Source of the DNA: Gemmatimonadales bacterium
GTDB taxonomy: Bacteria; Gemmatimonadota; Gemmatimonadetes; Gemmatimonadales; GWC2-71-9
Assembly (NCBI GenBank): GCA_035518815.1
Contig: DATIXG010000074.1
Coordinates: 441 to 64,440 of the forward strand
Length of the DNA: 64,000 bases
Reading direction: 5' to 3'
The translations under genes and the position numbers were made by a program. The notes beneath the pieces are model-generated. The model saw only the letters and a program-made list of their open reading frames with translations, made no database searches and was not told the DNA's origin. This document shows, in pieces, positions 32,495 through 40,911 of this stretch. How positions within the stretch are numbered: the first letter of the stretch is position 1; the number at the start of each line of letters is the position of its first letter.

Positions 32495-33841
32495 CTACTC
32501 GAGGTCGTACTGCCGGAGCTTGTAGAAGAGGGTGCGCAAGCTGATCCCCAGCTTCTGAGCCGCATCTCGTCGGTTGCCCCCGGTCGCCTCGAGCGCCATA
32601 CCGATGGCCGCCCGCTCGGCAGCCTCGACCGCCTCGCTCAGGGTCCCGGCCCCCGCGTCTGACCGCGGCGCCAGCGCGCCAGGGGAGGTCGTGCGCAGGT
32701 CACCGGCCTCCAACACGTCGTCGTCGGAGAGCACGGCGGCCCGCTCGAGCGAGTGCTCGAGCTGACGGATGTTGCCGGGCCAGGGCTGCTGTTCCAACCA
32801 CGTCAACGCCTCGGCGCTGAGACTCAAGGGACGGCCGAACCGATGCGCCAGCTGCGCCACGAAATGCCGCGCCAGCGGCGCGATGTCCTCGCGTCGCTCG
32901 GCCAGGGGCGGCAGGTGAATCGCGATGACGTTCAATCGATCGAACAGATCCTCGCGGAAACGACCCGCGCGGGCTTCAGCCGCGAGGTCCTTGGCCGTGG
33001 CCGCGAGCAACCGCACGTCGAGCCGCCGGGTGCGCTGGTCACCGACCCGGCGTATCTCCCCCTCCTGGAGCACGCGCAGGAGCTTCGACTGCAACGGCAA
33101 CGGGAGCTCGCCGATTTCGTCGAGCAACAGAGTGCTGCCGTCCGCCTGCTCGAAGAGACCGGGGCGATCGGCAGCCGCGCCCGTGAACGCGCCCTTCACG
33201 TGGCCGAACAGCTCCGACTCGAGCAACGACTCCGGAATGGCGGCGCAGTTGACTGCCACGAAGGGCTGCGCCGCCCGCGGGCTGGCGCGATGGATCGCCT
33301 GCGCGATCACTTCCTTGCCGGTCCCCCGCTCGCCCGTGATGAGCACGGTGCTCTTGTGCCCCGCCACCCGCGCCACCAGCTCCAAGGCTTGTTTCATCGC
33401 CGAGCTTTCGGCGATGAGCGCTCTGACGGCCGGGGTGGTGTCGAGCTGTGCTCTTAGTGTCGCGATGGTGTGGCGAAGGCGCTCCCGTTCCTCGGCTTTG
33501 CGGAGCGTGAGCACGACCTCGTCTGGCCGGAACGGCTTCGGGATGTAGTCGTAGGCGCCCTCCTTCATGGCGGCGAGGGCCGCTTCCTCTCCTCCGTACG
33601 CGCTCATCATGACGATGAGGGCGCCGCCGCCACCCTGCTTGTAGGCGCGCAGGAACGCGAGCCCGTCCATCTCGGGCATCCGCACGTCGCACAGGATCAG
33701 ATCGAACGGCTCGGCCAGCCCGCGCTTCAGCGCCTTCGCGCCGTCGCTCTCCGACGCGACCTCGTACCCCGCGTCGGCGAGGAGGAGGCCGAGCGACTGG
33801 CGGAGCCCCGGTTCGTCGTCGACGATGAGGACGCGGGTCAC
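32495..33841 (-). CDS. Sigma-54-dependent response regulator (PilR-like, NtrC family)
   Basis: Canonical receiver (LIVDDEPG, LILCDVRMPEMDG, KPF), AAA+ core [15 protein letters not shown] / [15 protein letters not shown], Fis HTH. GTG 33841 overlaps the kinase TGA. Confidence 0.85.
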   Translation of the reverse strand: MTRVLIVDDEPGLRQSLGLLLADAGYEVASESDGAKALKRGLAEPFDLILCDVRMPEMDGLAFLRAYKQGGGGALIVMMSAYGGEEAALAAMKEGAYDYIPKPFRPDEVVLTLRKAEERERLRHTIATLRAQLDTTPAVRALIAESSAMKQALELVARVAGHKSTVLITGERGTGKEVIAQAIHRASPRAAQPFVAVNCAAIPESLLESELFGHVKGAFTGAAADRPGLFEQADGSTLLLDEIGELPLPLQSKLLRVLQEGEIRRVGDQRTRRLDVRLLAATAKDLAAEARAGRFREDLFDRLNVIAIHLPPLAERREDIAPLARHFVAQLAHRFGRPLSLSAEALTWLEQQPWPGNIRQLEHSLERAAVLSDDDVLEAGDLRTTSPGALAPRSDAGAGTLSEAVEAAERAAIGMALEATGGNRRDAAQKLGISLRTLFYKLRQYDLE

Positions 33842-34995
33842 GGGGCTGCTCGTGGCGCGCGATCGGCGGCCGGGAAAAACATCTTGAATGCCGCTCCGCC
33901 CTCGCGCGCGGTATCGACCCAAACCACGCCGCCCATGTCGTCCACGGCACGGGCGACGATGGCGAGGCCCAGTCCGGTGCCGCGCCCTGGGTCCTTGGTC
34001 GTGAAGAAGGGGTCGAACACCCGGGCACGGTCTTCGAATGCGACGCCCGGGCCCGAGTCGGCGACGAACACGAGTGCGCCCGATTCTCCGGCGGCAAAGT
34101 CGATGCGTCCGGGCCGGCGCGCCGGCTGCCGGGCGAAGCTCGTGCGCGGAGTATCGGTCTCCCGCCGTGGGAGCGCCCGGCCCGGCTCGAAGTCCCAGCG
34201 CCGCGCGCCGAGGACCACGATACCCCGGGGGGCGGCGTCGACGGCGTTCAACACGAGGTTCACGATCACCTGCTCCAACAGATGGGCGCGTCCAAGGATT
34301 TGCGGGACCTCCTGCGAAACCTCGAGCCTGGTGGACACCGACCGCAGGACGCCCTGCGCCATGAGGAGCCCGTGAGCGCCCTCGACGACAGCCCCGGGCT
34401 CGATCGGGACCAGGGCCTCCTCCTGGGGGCGCGCGTAGTCGAGGAGGCTTCGCACAATGTGATCGATTCGGTCCACCTCACGGCTCAACCCCGCCACGAC
34501 ATCTGGATCGGCGCCCCGGCGCCGCAGGACCTCAAGGTAGGTCCCCATGGCACCTAGCGGATTCCCCACCTCGTGGGCGATGCCCGCGGCCAGCCGGCCC
34601 ACACTCGCGAGCTTCTCGGAGCGAACGAGCTGGCTCTGGGCATCGAGCAGGTGGTCGGTCATGCGGTTGATCCGCTCCCCAAGAATCTGGAAGTCTCGGG
34701 TTTCCGCGCTCTCCGCCCGGGCCGCGAAGTCGCCGCCGGCGACCGCGTCGGCCACGGCCACCAGTCGCTCCACCGGCCGGAGCACGAGACGACTGATCAG
34801 GTAGCGGCCGAAGACAATGAAGAGGACGATGTCGAGCGGCACCACGAGTACCATGAAAGGCAGTGCCCGCTCGGGGGCGAGGGCGGCCACCAGGAGGACG
34901 GTCGTCACGCCGAGGAGTAGGGCCGCGGCCGCGAGGAACGCCAGGTTGAAGAGGAGCTCCGTACGGAGCCACGGTTTAACCGTCATTAGAGGCAT
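33838..34995 (-). CDS. Sensor histidine kinase (2 TM, HAMP, HisKA, HATPase)
   Basis: H-box AAGIAHEVGNPLGAM, N-box VNLVLNAVDA, DSGPG, GTGLGLAIV. Start moved to ATG 34995 because the track TTG 35007 lies in the U-tract of the pilA terminator. Confidence 0.8.
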   Translation of the reverse strand: MPLMTVKPWLRTELLFNLAFLAAAALLLGVTTVLLVAALAPERALPFMVLVVPLDIVLFIVFGRYLISRLVLRPVERLVAVADAVAGGDFAARAESAETRDFQILGERINRMTDHLLDAQSQLVRSEKLASVGRLAAGIAHEVGNPLGAMGTYLEVLRRRGADPDVVAGLSREVDRIDHIVRSLLDYARPQEEALVPIEPGAVVEGAHGLLMAQGVLRSVSTRLEVSQEVPQILGRAHLLEQVIVNLVLNAVDAAPRGIVVLGARRWDFEPGRALPRRETDTPRTSFARQPARRPGRIDFAAGESGALVFVADSGPGVAFEDRARVFDPFFTTKDPGRGTGLGLAIVARAVDDMGGVVWVDTAREGGAAFKMFFPAADRAPRAAP

Positions 34996-35011
34996 CAATA
35001 GGTACAAGAAA

Positions 35012-35039
35012 AGAGCGGCGGGGAAAGCCCCGCCGCTCT
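35012..35039 (-). terminator. Intrinsic terminator after pilA copy 1
   Basis: 12-bp perfect stem agagcggcgggg / ccccgccgctct with loop aaag. On the minus strand it is followed by TTTCTTGT; 27 nt after the pilA stop. Confidence 0.65.
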
Positions 35040-35065
35040 TTCTAGCTCAGCTCAACCGAGAAAGC

Positions 35066-35482
35066 TTACCGGCAAACCGGCGCGCCTTCGGGATCCGCCG
35101 TCGTGGCCGGAGCCGCCGGAGCCTGCGCACCCACGTAAATCGCGCAGCTCTTGGTCGTGTTCTGGTTCGTGATGCTCGCGGTCCACCCAGCCTGGGTGCC
35201 CGTGCCGACCTGCGGCGCCGCCAGCGTGTTGCCGGTCGTCGCGCAGAACGCGACCGTGCCTGCCGTCGGCGGATTGGCACAGGCGACGTTGGTGCTGTAC
35301 TTGACCGAGTCAGCGAAGTAGGCCTCTTCCGCGGTGACTAGATTACGCAGGTCGGACTTCATCGACGCGATGTAGGCCTTCTCCTTCGTGTTCGCGAACT
35401 TCGGGATCGCGATCGCGGCCAAGATGCCGATAATCACGACCACGATCAGAAGCTCAATGAGCGTAAAACCCTTGCGGTTCAT
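35066..35482 (-). CDS. pilA: Type IVa major pilin (copy 1)
   Basis: MNRKG/FTLIELLIVVVIIGILAAIAIPKF class III signal with Glu+5. 138 aa, four Cys, Thr/Ser/Pro/Ala-rich C-terminal half. Confidence 0.9.
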   Translation of the reverse strand: MNRKGFTLIELLIVVVIIGILAAIAIPKFANTKEKAYIASMKSDLRNLVTAEEAYFADSVKYSTNVACANPPTAGTVAFCATTGNTLAAPQVGTGTQAGWTASITNQNTTKSCAIYVGAQAPAAPATTADPEGAPVCR

Positions 35483-35541
35483 CCAAAACCCCCTAGTGAA
35501 AGCCGGTGACGGTAAGTGCTATCAGCCGAAGCCCAAGTTCA

Positions 35542-35557
35542 AGCAAGGGGTATGCCG
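35542..35557 (-). promoter_or_regulatory. Sigma-54 (-24/-12) promoter for pilA copy 1
   Basis: The minus strand reads CGGCATACCCCTTGCT. GG and GC sit at the exact consensus spacing of TGGCACG-N4-TTGCW, about 60 nt upstream of the ATG. Confidence 0.55.
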
Positions 35558-35710
35558 AATCAGGGGTTGCTGGGTAACTATCTACTGCACAATCACTTAC
35601 CATGATCGGCCCTGGTCCCGCAGCCCGCCGCAAGGCGGCAGAATCTCGCCTTTTGCAAGCGTCCCCGCCGGACGCAACAGAACGGTACATGCGCCCCCTG
35701 CGACGAAAAA

Positions 35711-35738
35711 AGAGCGGCGGGGAGAACCCCGCCGCTCT
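35711..35738 (-). terminator. Intrinsic terminator after pilA copy 2
   Basis: Same 12-bp stem as at 35012, loop agaa. On the minus strand it is followed by TTTTTCG. Confidence 0.65.
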
Positions 35739-35764
35739 TTCTAGCTCAGCTCAACCGAGAAAGC

Positions 35765-36181
35765 TTACCGGCAAACCGGCGCGCCTTCCGGATCCGCCGT
35801 CGTGGCCGGAGCCGCCGGAGCCTGCGCACCCACGTAAATCGCGCAGCTCTTGGTCGTGTTCTGGTTCGTGATGCTCGCGGTCCACCCAGCCTGGGTGCCC
35901 GTGCCGACCTGTGGCGCCGCCAGCGTGTTGCCGGTCGTCGTACAGAACGCGACCGTGCCTGCCGTCGGCGGATTGGCACAGGCGACGTTGGAGCTGTACT
36001 TGATCGAGTCAGCGAAGTAGGCCTCTTCCGCGGTGACCAGATTACGCAGGTCGGACTTCATCGACGCGATGTAGGCCTTCTCCTTCGTGTTCGCGAACTT
36101 CGGGATCGCGATCGCGGCCAAGATGCCGATAATCACGACCACGATCAGAAGCTCAATGAGTGTAAAACCCTTGCGGTTCAT
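35765..36181 (-). CDS. pilA: Type IVa major pilin (copy 2)
   Basis: Same 138-aa architecture. Differs from copy 1 at three residues (V to I, T to S, A to T). ATG 36181; the track ORF is over-extended to 36292. Confidence 0.9.
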   Translation of the reverse strand: MNRKGFTLIELLIVVVIIGILAAIAIPKFANTKEKAYIASMKSDLRNLVTAEEAYFADSIKYSSNVACANPPTAGTVAFCTTTGNTLAAPQVGTGTQAGWTASITNQNTTKSCAIYVGAQAPAAPATTADPEGAPVCR

Positions 36182-36240
36182 CAAGAAACCCCCCTCGCGA
36201 GAGCCGGTGACGTTCTTCCTGATCAGCGTGTACGGACCGG

Positions 36241-36256
36241 GGCAAGCCATATGCCG
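36241..36256 (-). promoter_or_regulatory. Sigma-54 (-24/-12) promoter for pilA copy 2
   Basis: The minus strand reads CGGCATATGGCTTGCC with correct GG/GC spacing, about 60 nt upstream of the ATG. Confidence 0.55.
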
Positions 36257-36381
36257 ATCATGGCCGAAGGCAGCTAACACGTTACGCCACAACGACCAAC
36301 GCGATTCTGAGTACTTGTTTCAAACTGCAAGAATCCGTGCATCGTGCGAGATATCGTGCCAGACGCAAGAGCGGCTAGATG

Positions 36382-37935
36382 TCACAAGCCTTTGGGCCGC
36401 ATGATCTTGTTGGCTCGAGCCACCAGTGAGTCCGCGGTCGCGGTGTCGCCCCGAGCCAGGGCCGCACCCGCCTCAAAGCGATAGTAATGCTCGCACCGGT
36501 AGCACAGCTCATCGAGCTTCGCGAGCAGCGAGTCCGCCGTGCTGGGCCGTCCGAGCATGAACGCTGCGTCCGCACCGGTCACATAGATCCACGGCATCTT
36601 GTCATAGATCCGCTCGGCAATACGGAATGCCGCGAGCGCTTTCTCAGGCTGATGCCGACTCAGGTACAATCGCACCATACGCGCCGGCCCATCGAACGAG
36701 CGAGGCGAATCTTGAAACTCGCTCAGGACCACCGTCGCTTCGTCCCGCCACACCGGCACACGGACGGCCGCCCGGACTCCCCCCGCCACGGCCAGCGCTA
36801 CGGCCACGGCCAGCCACCCGCGGGGGGCGGCGGTCGGAAGCCAGGCGCCGAGCGCGAGCGCGAGGCCGGCGGACGGGAGGTAGAGTGTGCGCTCGGCAAC
36901 CAGCACCCCGACCGGAAACAGCAGGTTCGCGACGGGTGAGAGGGCGATCCCGATCCACCCGAGAGCCCAGGCCTCCACCTTCCGGCCGCGGCGCCACGCG
37001 AGATAGACGAGCCCCACCCACAGGGCGACGCAGGCCAGGCCGGCCACGAACCGCACATCGAACGGCGAATCGACGAGTGTGCGCTCGGCAGGCGAGTAGT
37101 CCACGCGCAGTGTCGCGGGGAAGACGAGGAGCCGTGCGACGTCAGCGAATGCGGCGACGGCCGTCCAGCGAATCGCCAGCGGATCGGCCCCCACGAAAAC
37201 CGGGGCGATGTTGTAGATCGCGGCGTAGGCATGCAGCACCGACCACCGCACCACGCCATATACGAGCGCGAGCCCGATCCAGCCTGTCACGTACTGCGCG
37301 ACACGCCTCCGGGTCGGGTGCGCAAGACCGAGCACCCAGGCCCAAATTACGAGCCCCGGCACCACCGCCGCGTTCTCCTTGGAGAGCAGGCCGCCGGCGA
37401 GCGCGGCCAGGCTCCACCACGGCTGGTCGGCGACGAGCGCCGCGTACACGGCGAGCAACGCGAACAGCGCGGCCATCAGTTCCGCGCGCCCGACCACGTT
37501 TGCCACCGCCTCGACGTGTACGGGATGGGTGGCGAAGAGCAGGCCGGCGACGAGCGCCGCCCGGTCGCTGCTCAGACGCCGCGCGAGCAGAGCGACCGCC
37601 ACCGACGCGCCGGCGTGCCACATCACGTTCACCGCGTGGAACCATACGGTCGCGCCCCCGCTGATGCGCAGGTCGAGGGCGTAGCTCGCAATGGCAAGCG
37701 GACGGTACAGGCCGGCGCCAAGCTGCGGGGGCGAATAGGGCGCGAGGAATGCCCGCCAGATCGCGCTGGGCGACAGGAGCAACGGGTTGTAGACGATGAT
37801 GGGGATGTCGTCCCAGGCCCAGCGGTTCCCCAGCGCGCCGACGTACACGACGACGGCGCTGGCGGCGACCGCCAGGTAGAGACGCGCCGCGCTCGCGCGG
37901 GGGGCGTCGCTAGGGACGGGTGAGGCGTCGGGCAT
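36382..37935 (-). CDS. GT-C-like membrane glycosyltransferase, TMTC/DUF1736-like with short C-terminal TPR region (paralog 4)
   Basis: WAWDD after TM1, [49 protein letters not shown], about 10 TM. C-terminal DSPRSF plus TPR-like helices and CYRC. Start is ATG 37935. Confidence 0.75.
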   Translation of the reverse strand: MPDASPVPSDAPRASAARLYLAVAASAVVVYVGALGNRWAWDDIPIIVYNPLLLSPSAIWRAFLAPYSPPQLGAGLYRPLAIASYALDLRISGGATVWFHAVNVMWHAGASVAVALLARRLSSDRAALVAGLLFATHPVHVEAVANVVGRAELMAALFALLAVYAALVADQPWWSLAALAGGLLSKENAAVVPGLVIWAWVLGLAHPTRRRVAQYVTGWIGLALVYGVVRWSVLHAYAAIYNIAPVFVGADPLAIRWTAVAAFADVARLLVFPATLRVDYSPAERTLVDSPFDVRFVAGLACVALWVGLVYLAWRRGRKVEAWALGWIGIALSPVANLLFPVGVLVAERTLYLPSAGLALALGAWLPTAAPRGWLAVAVALAVAGGVRAAVRVPVWRDEATVVLSEFQDSPRSFDGPARMVRLYLSRHQPEKALAAFRIAERIYDKMPWIYVTGADAAFMLGRPSTADSLLAKLDELCYRCEHYYRFEAGAALARGDTATADSLVARANKIMRPKGL

Positions 37936-39421
37936 GTGCGAGGAGGGTGTCGGCGACGGTGGGACTGCCGAGCCGTCGGGCAACAGTCGCTTCGGTCTCA
38001 TAGAGGCTCCTGCACGGATTACAGAACCGGTTCACCCGCATGAAGAAGGAGTCCGCGACGCCATACTGCTCCAGCATGAGCGCGGCGTGGGCGCCGAGCA
38101 TGTAGGGGCGGGATTCCAGCGGGAAGGTGTCGATCGCGACCCGGGCGGCCTGGAGCGCCTTCTCGGGCTTGCTCTGCTCGAGGTAGATAGACGCCATGAT
38201 CATCGGCCCGACGTACGAGCGCGGCGAGTCCTCGAGGATGCTGAGGGTGGCCGTGACGTTGGTCTCCCAGACGGGCACGCGGAGCGCGCTGCGTATGCCC
38301 CCGAGCACGGCGAGCGCCGCCACCAGAAGCATCAGCGGACGTCCGCGCAGCTGCCGCGCGGCCCCGCCCACCGCGATCGCCAGTCCCACGGACGGGAGGT
38401 ACAGCGTCCGCTCCGCGATCAGGATTCCCACCGGAAACAGCAAGTTGGAAACAGGAGCGAACGCGAACGGCACCCATCCCAGCCCGAACGCCTCGATCTT
38501 GCGCCCACGTTGCCACGCGACGATCGCGAGGCATACCCAAACCAGGCCGCACAGCAAGCCGATCACGAAACGCGGATCGAACGGGCTGGTCACGATCGAG
38601 CGCTCGTTGGGTGAATAGTCCGCCCGCAGCTGGAGCGGGAACACGAGCAGGCGGAAGATGTCGGACCAGGCCGCAACCGCGGTGAGGCGAGCGGGAGTCG
38701 GGTGCTGCCCGACAAACACGGCCGCGATGATGTAGGCGGGGTCGTACTGCCGCAGCACGAGGTGCCGCACCACTCCGTAGGCCGCACCCGCGACTACCCA
38801 GCTCGCACAGAACACGAACATGGCGCGCCTGGGCGGCCGGCCGATACCCGCTGCCCAGGCCAACGCGATGAGGCCGGGGGCCACGGCTGCGTTTTCCTTG
38901 CACAGCAGCGCCAGGATCCAGCACGCCGTGCTCCACGCAACGCTGCGGCGCTCGATGGCCGCGTACAGCATGAGCAGCGTGAATACCGTCGCCATCAATT
39001 CAGCGCGGCCGACGACCTGCGCGACCGCTTCAACGTGCAGCGGATGTACCGCGAAGAGCACGCCCGCCACGAGCGCGGCTGTCGTGTTGATCCAGCGTCG
39101 CGCGAGCACGGACACGAGCACCGATGCGGCCGCGTGCCACAGGATGTTCACGGCGTGGAACAGCGCCGGGCCGTCCAGGTGCCAGTCGAGCACATAGGTC
39201 GCGACCGTCAGGGGCCGGTACAGATAGGCGCCAACCTCGGGAGGCCAATAGGACGTCCCGAAGGCTTTCCACCATCCGTCGGACGAATGGACGAGGGTGC
39301 TGCCGAGGATGATCTGCAGATCGTCGAGCGCCCAACGGTTCGACAGGGCGCCGAGGTAGACGAGGATGGCACAGGCGGCGACGGCCCCGTACAGGCGCCA
39401 GGACTCCCGATCCATTGTCAC
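37910..39421 (-). CDS. GT-C-like membrane glycosyltransferase, TMTC/DUF1736-like (paralog 3)
   Basis: WALDD, YRPLTVATYVLDWHLDGPALFHAVN, LFAVHPLHVEAVAQVVGRAELMA; C-terminal DSPRSY, TPR-like region, CNPC. GTG 39421 overlaps the upstream TGA. Confidence 0.75.
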   Translation of the reverse strand: MTMDRESWRLYGAVAACAILVYLGALSNRWALDDLQIILGSTLVHSSDGWWKAFGTSYWPPEVGAYLYRPLTVATYVLDWHLDGPALFHAVNILWHAAASVLVSVLARRWINTTAALVAGVLFAVHPLHVEAVAQVVGRAELMATVFTLLMLYAAIERRSVAWSTACWILALLCKENAAVAPGLIALAWAAGIGRPPRRAMFVFCASWVVAGAAYGVVRHLVLRQYDPAYIIAAVFVGQHPTPARLTAVAAWSDIFRLLVFPLQLRADYSPNERSIVTSPFDPRFVIGLLCGLVWVCLAIVAWQRGRKIEAFGLGWVPFAFAPVSNLLFPVGILIAERTLYLPSVGLAIAVGGAARQLRGRPLMLLVAALAVLGGIRSALRVPVWETNVTATLSILEDSPRSYVGPMIMASIYLEQSKPEKALQAARVAIDTFPLESRPYMLGAHAALMLEQYGVADSFFMRVNRFCNPCRSLYETEATVARRLGSPTVADTLLAHARRLTRP

Positions 39422-40911
39422 CGCTGGTGCGCCCGTGACGCGTGGGCCAGGAGCGAGTCCGCGACGGCGTCATCGCCGAGCCGGCGTGCGAGATCGGCCT
39501 CGATGCGATAGTAGCCGAGACAGGCGTTGCAGATGCGATCGCCTTGAACCAACAGCTCGGCCGCCTGCGCGGGCCGCCCGAGCTTCAACGCCGCATGCCC
39601 CCCCACGATGTAGGATCGCGCGTCCCAGGGGACCATACGAATCGCAATCTGAGCCGCTTGGAGGGCCTTCTCATCTTGCCGATCGATGAGGAGGAGCGAC
39701 GCCGACAGCATGAATCCGAGGTAGGAATGAGGCGAGTCCCTCATGACGCTTTGGATGACGGAGTTCTCATCCCGCCAGACGGGGACCCGCAGCGCGCTAC
39801 GCACGCCCCCCGCGACCGCCACGGCGGCCACGAGGACCGCGAGTCCTCGCCCGCGCAGCTCCGCAGCCAGTGCGCCCACGGCCACGGCAAGGCCAACCGA
39901 TGGCAGGTACAGGGTCCGCTCGGCGACCAGCACCCCGATTGGAAACAACAGATTCGCGACCGGCGCGAAGGCCAGCGCGAGCCAAGCGATCCCAAACGCC
40001 TCCACCCGCCGGCCCCGCCGACGCGCCAGCATGAACCAGAGCACCCATGCGGCCAGCGATATGACACCGGCGAGGACCCGCCCATCGAAGATGCTCGTCA
40101 CCGCCGTGCGCTCCGCCGGCGAGTAGTCGATCCGCAGCTTGAGCGGCAGGACGAGCAAGCGCGTCACGTCGGCTAGCGCGGCGATCGCCGTGAGGCGCAC
40201 GGTTGTGAGCGGCTGGCCGACGAACACGGGAGCGATGAAGGACGGATAGGCCTGGAGAACGTGCTCCCTGAGCAGCGCGTAGCCGATGCCGGCCACGGCC
40301 CACCATGCCGCGAACACCCCCATGCGACCCGGGGCGGGGCGCGAGAACCCGAGCACCCACGCCGCCCCGATCAAAGCAGGCGCGACGATCGCGTTCTCCT
40401 TGCTCAGCAGGCCAAGGATCCAGCACGCCGTGCTCCACGCGACGCTGTGCCGCTCCACGGCCGCGTACACTGCCAGCAGGGTGAACGCCGCCGCCATCAG
40501 CTCCGAGCGCCCCACCACGCTCGCCACCGCTTCGACATGCACGGGGTGAACGGCGAACAGCACGCCGCCGACGAGAGCCGCGGCGGCGCCGCACCAGGTG
40601 TAGAGCAGCGCGGCCACGAGCACGGAGACGCCCGCGTGCCACGCCACGTTGACCGCATGGAACAGCGCGGGACCGTCCAGGTGCCAGTCCAGCACGTAGC
40701 TGGCGACGGTGAGGGGCCGGTAGAGCTGGCCGCCCTGCTCTCGGTTCCAGTAGGGGTGCACGAAAGCGCTCCACAACCCGCTCCACGAATGCACCAGATC
40801 ATTGTACGTGACGATCTCGAGATCGTCTCCGCCGAACGTGTTCCAGAGCGCGCCGATGTACACGACGACGGCGCAGGCGGCGACCAGGAGGTAGACCTGC
40901 CTACGGCTCAC
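39418..40911 (-). CDS. GT-C-like membrane glycosyltransferase, TMTC/DUF1736-like (paralog 2)
   Basis: FGGDD, YRPLTVASYVLDWHLDGPALFHAVN, LFAVHPVHVEAVASVVGRSELMA; C-terminal DSPHSY, TPR-like region, CNAC. GTG 40911 overlaps the upstream gene by 11 nt. Confidence 0.75.
   Translation of the reverse strand: MSRRQVYLLVAACAVVVYIGALWNTFGGDDLEIVTYNDLVHSWSGLWSAFVHPYWNREQGGQLYRPLTVASYVLDWHLDGPALFHAVNVAWHAGVSVLVAALLYTWCGAAAALVGGVLFAVHPVHVEAVASVVGRSELMAAAFTLLAVYAAVERHSVAWSTACWILGLLSKENAIVAPALIGAAWVLGFSRPAPGRMGVFAAWWAVAGIGYALLREHVLQAYPSFIAPVFVGQPLTTVRLTAIAALADVTRLLVLPLKLRIDYSPAERTAVTSIFDGRVLAGVISLAAWVLWFMLARRRGRRVEAFGIAWLALAFAPVANLLFPIGVLVAERTLYLPSVGLAVAVGALAAELRGRGLAVLVAAVAVAGGVRSALRVPVWRDENSVIQSVMRDSPHSYLGFMLSASLLLIDRQDEKALQAAQIAIRMVPWDARSYIVGGHAALKLGRPAQAAELLVQGDRICNACLGYYRIEADLARRLGDDAVADSLLAHASRAHQR

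Larger units (their letters stand above)
35010..35482. repeat. Tandem duplication unit 1 (terminator + 3' UTR + pilA)
   Basis: Aligns by eye with 35709-36181 at an offset of 699 nt. I counted about 8 mismatches over about 470 nt. Confidence 0.85.
35709..36181. repeat. Tandem duplication unit 2 (terminator + 3' UTR + pilA)
   Basis: See unit 1. Similarity decays upstream of the ATG, but agccggtgacg and the sigma-54 elements are retained. Confidence 0.85.

Noticed and set aside
35047-35280. Duplicated 77-aa Arg-rich ORFs (35047-35280 and 35746-35979) overlapping both pilA copies on the same strand in another frame.
   Set aside because: Their duplication is simply a consequence of the pilA repeat. 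The sequence is low-complexity Arg/Pro with no start context.
36330-36360. Direct repeat ATCGTGC-N5-ATCGTGC about 90 nt upstream of the pilA copy-2 sigma-54 promoter, as a possible enhancer-binding site.
   Set aside because: It is not repeated upstream of copy 1, which instead has GCGTCC-N5-GGACGC at about 35658-35675. Both are too short to call without footprinting or conservation data.
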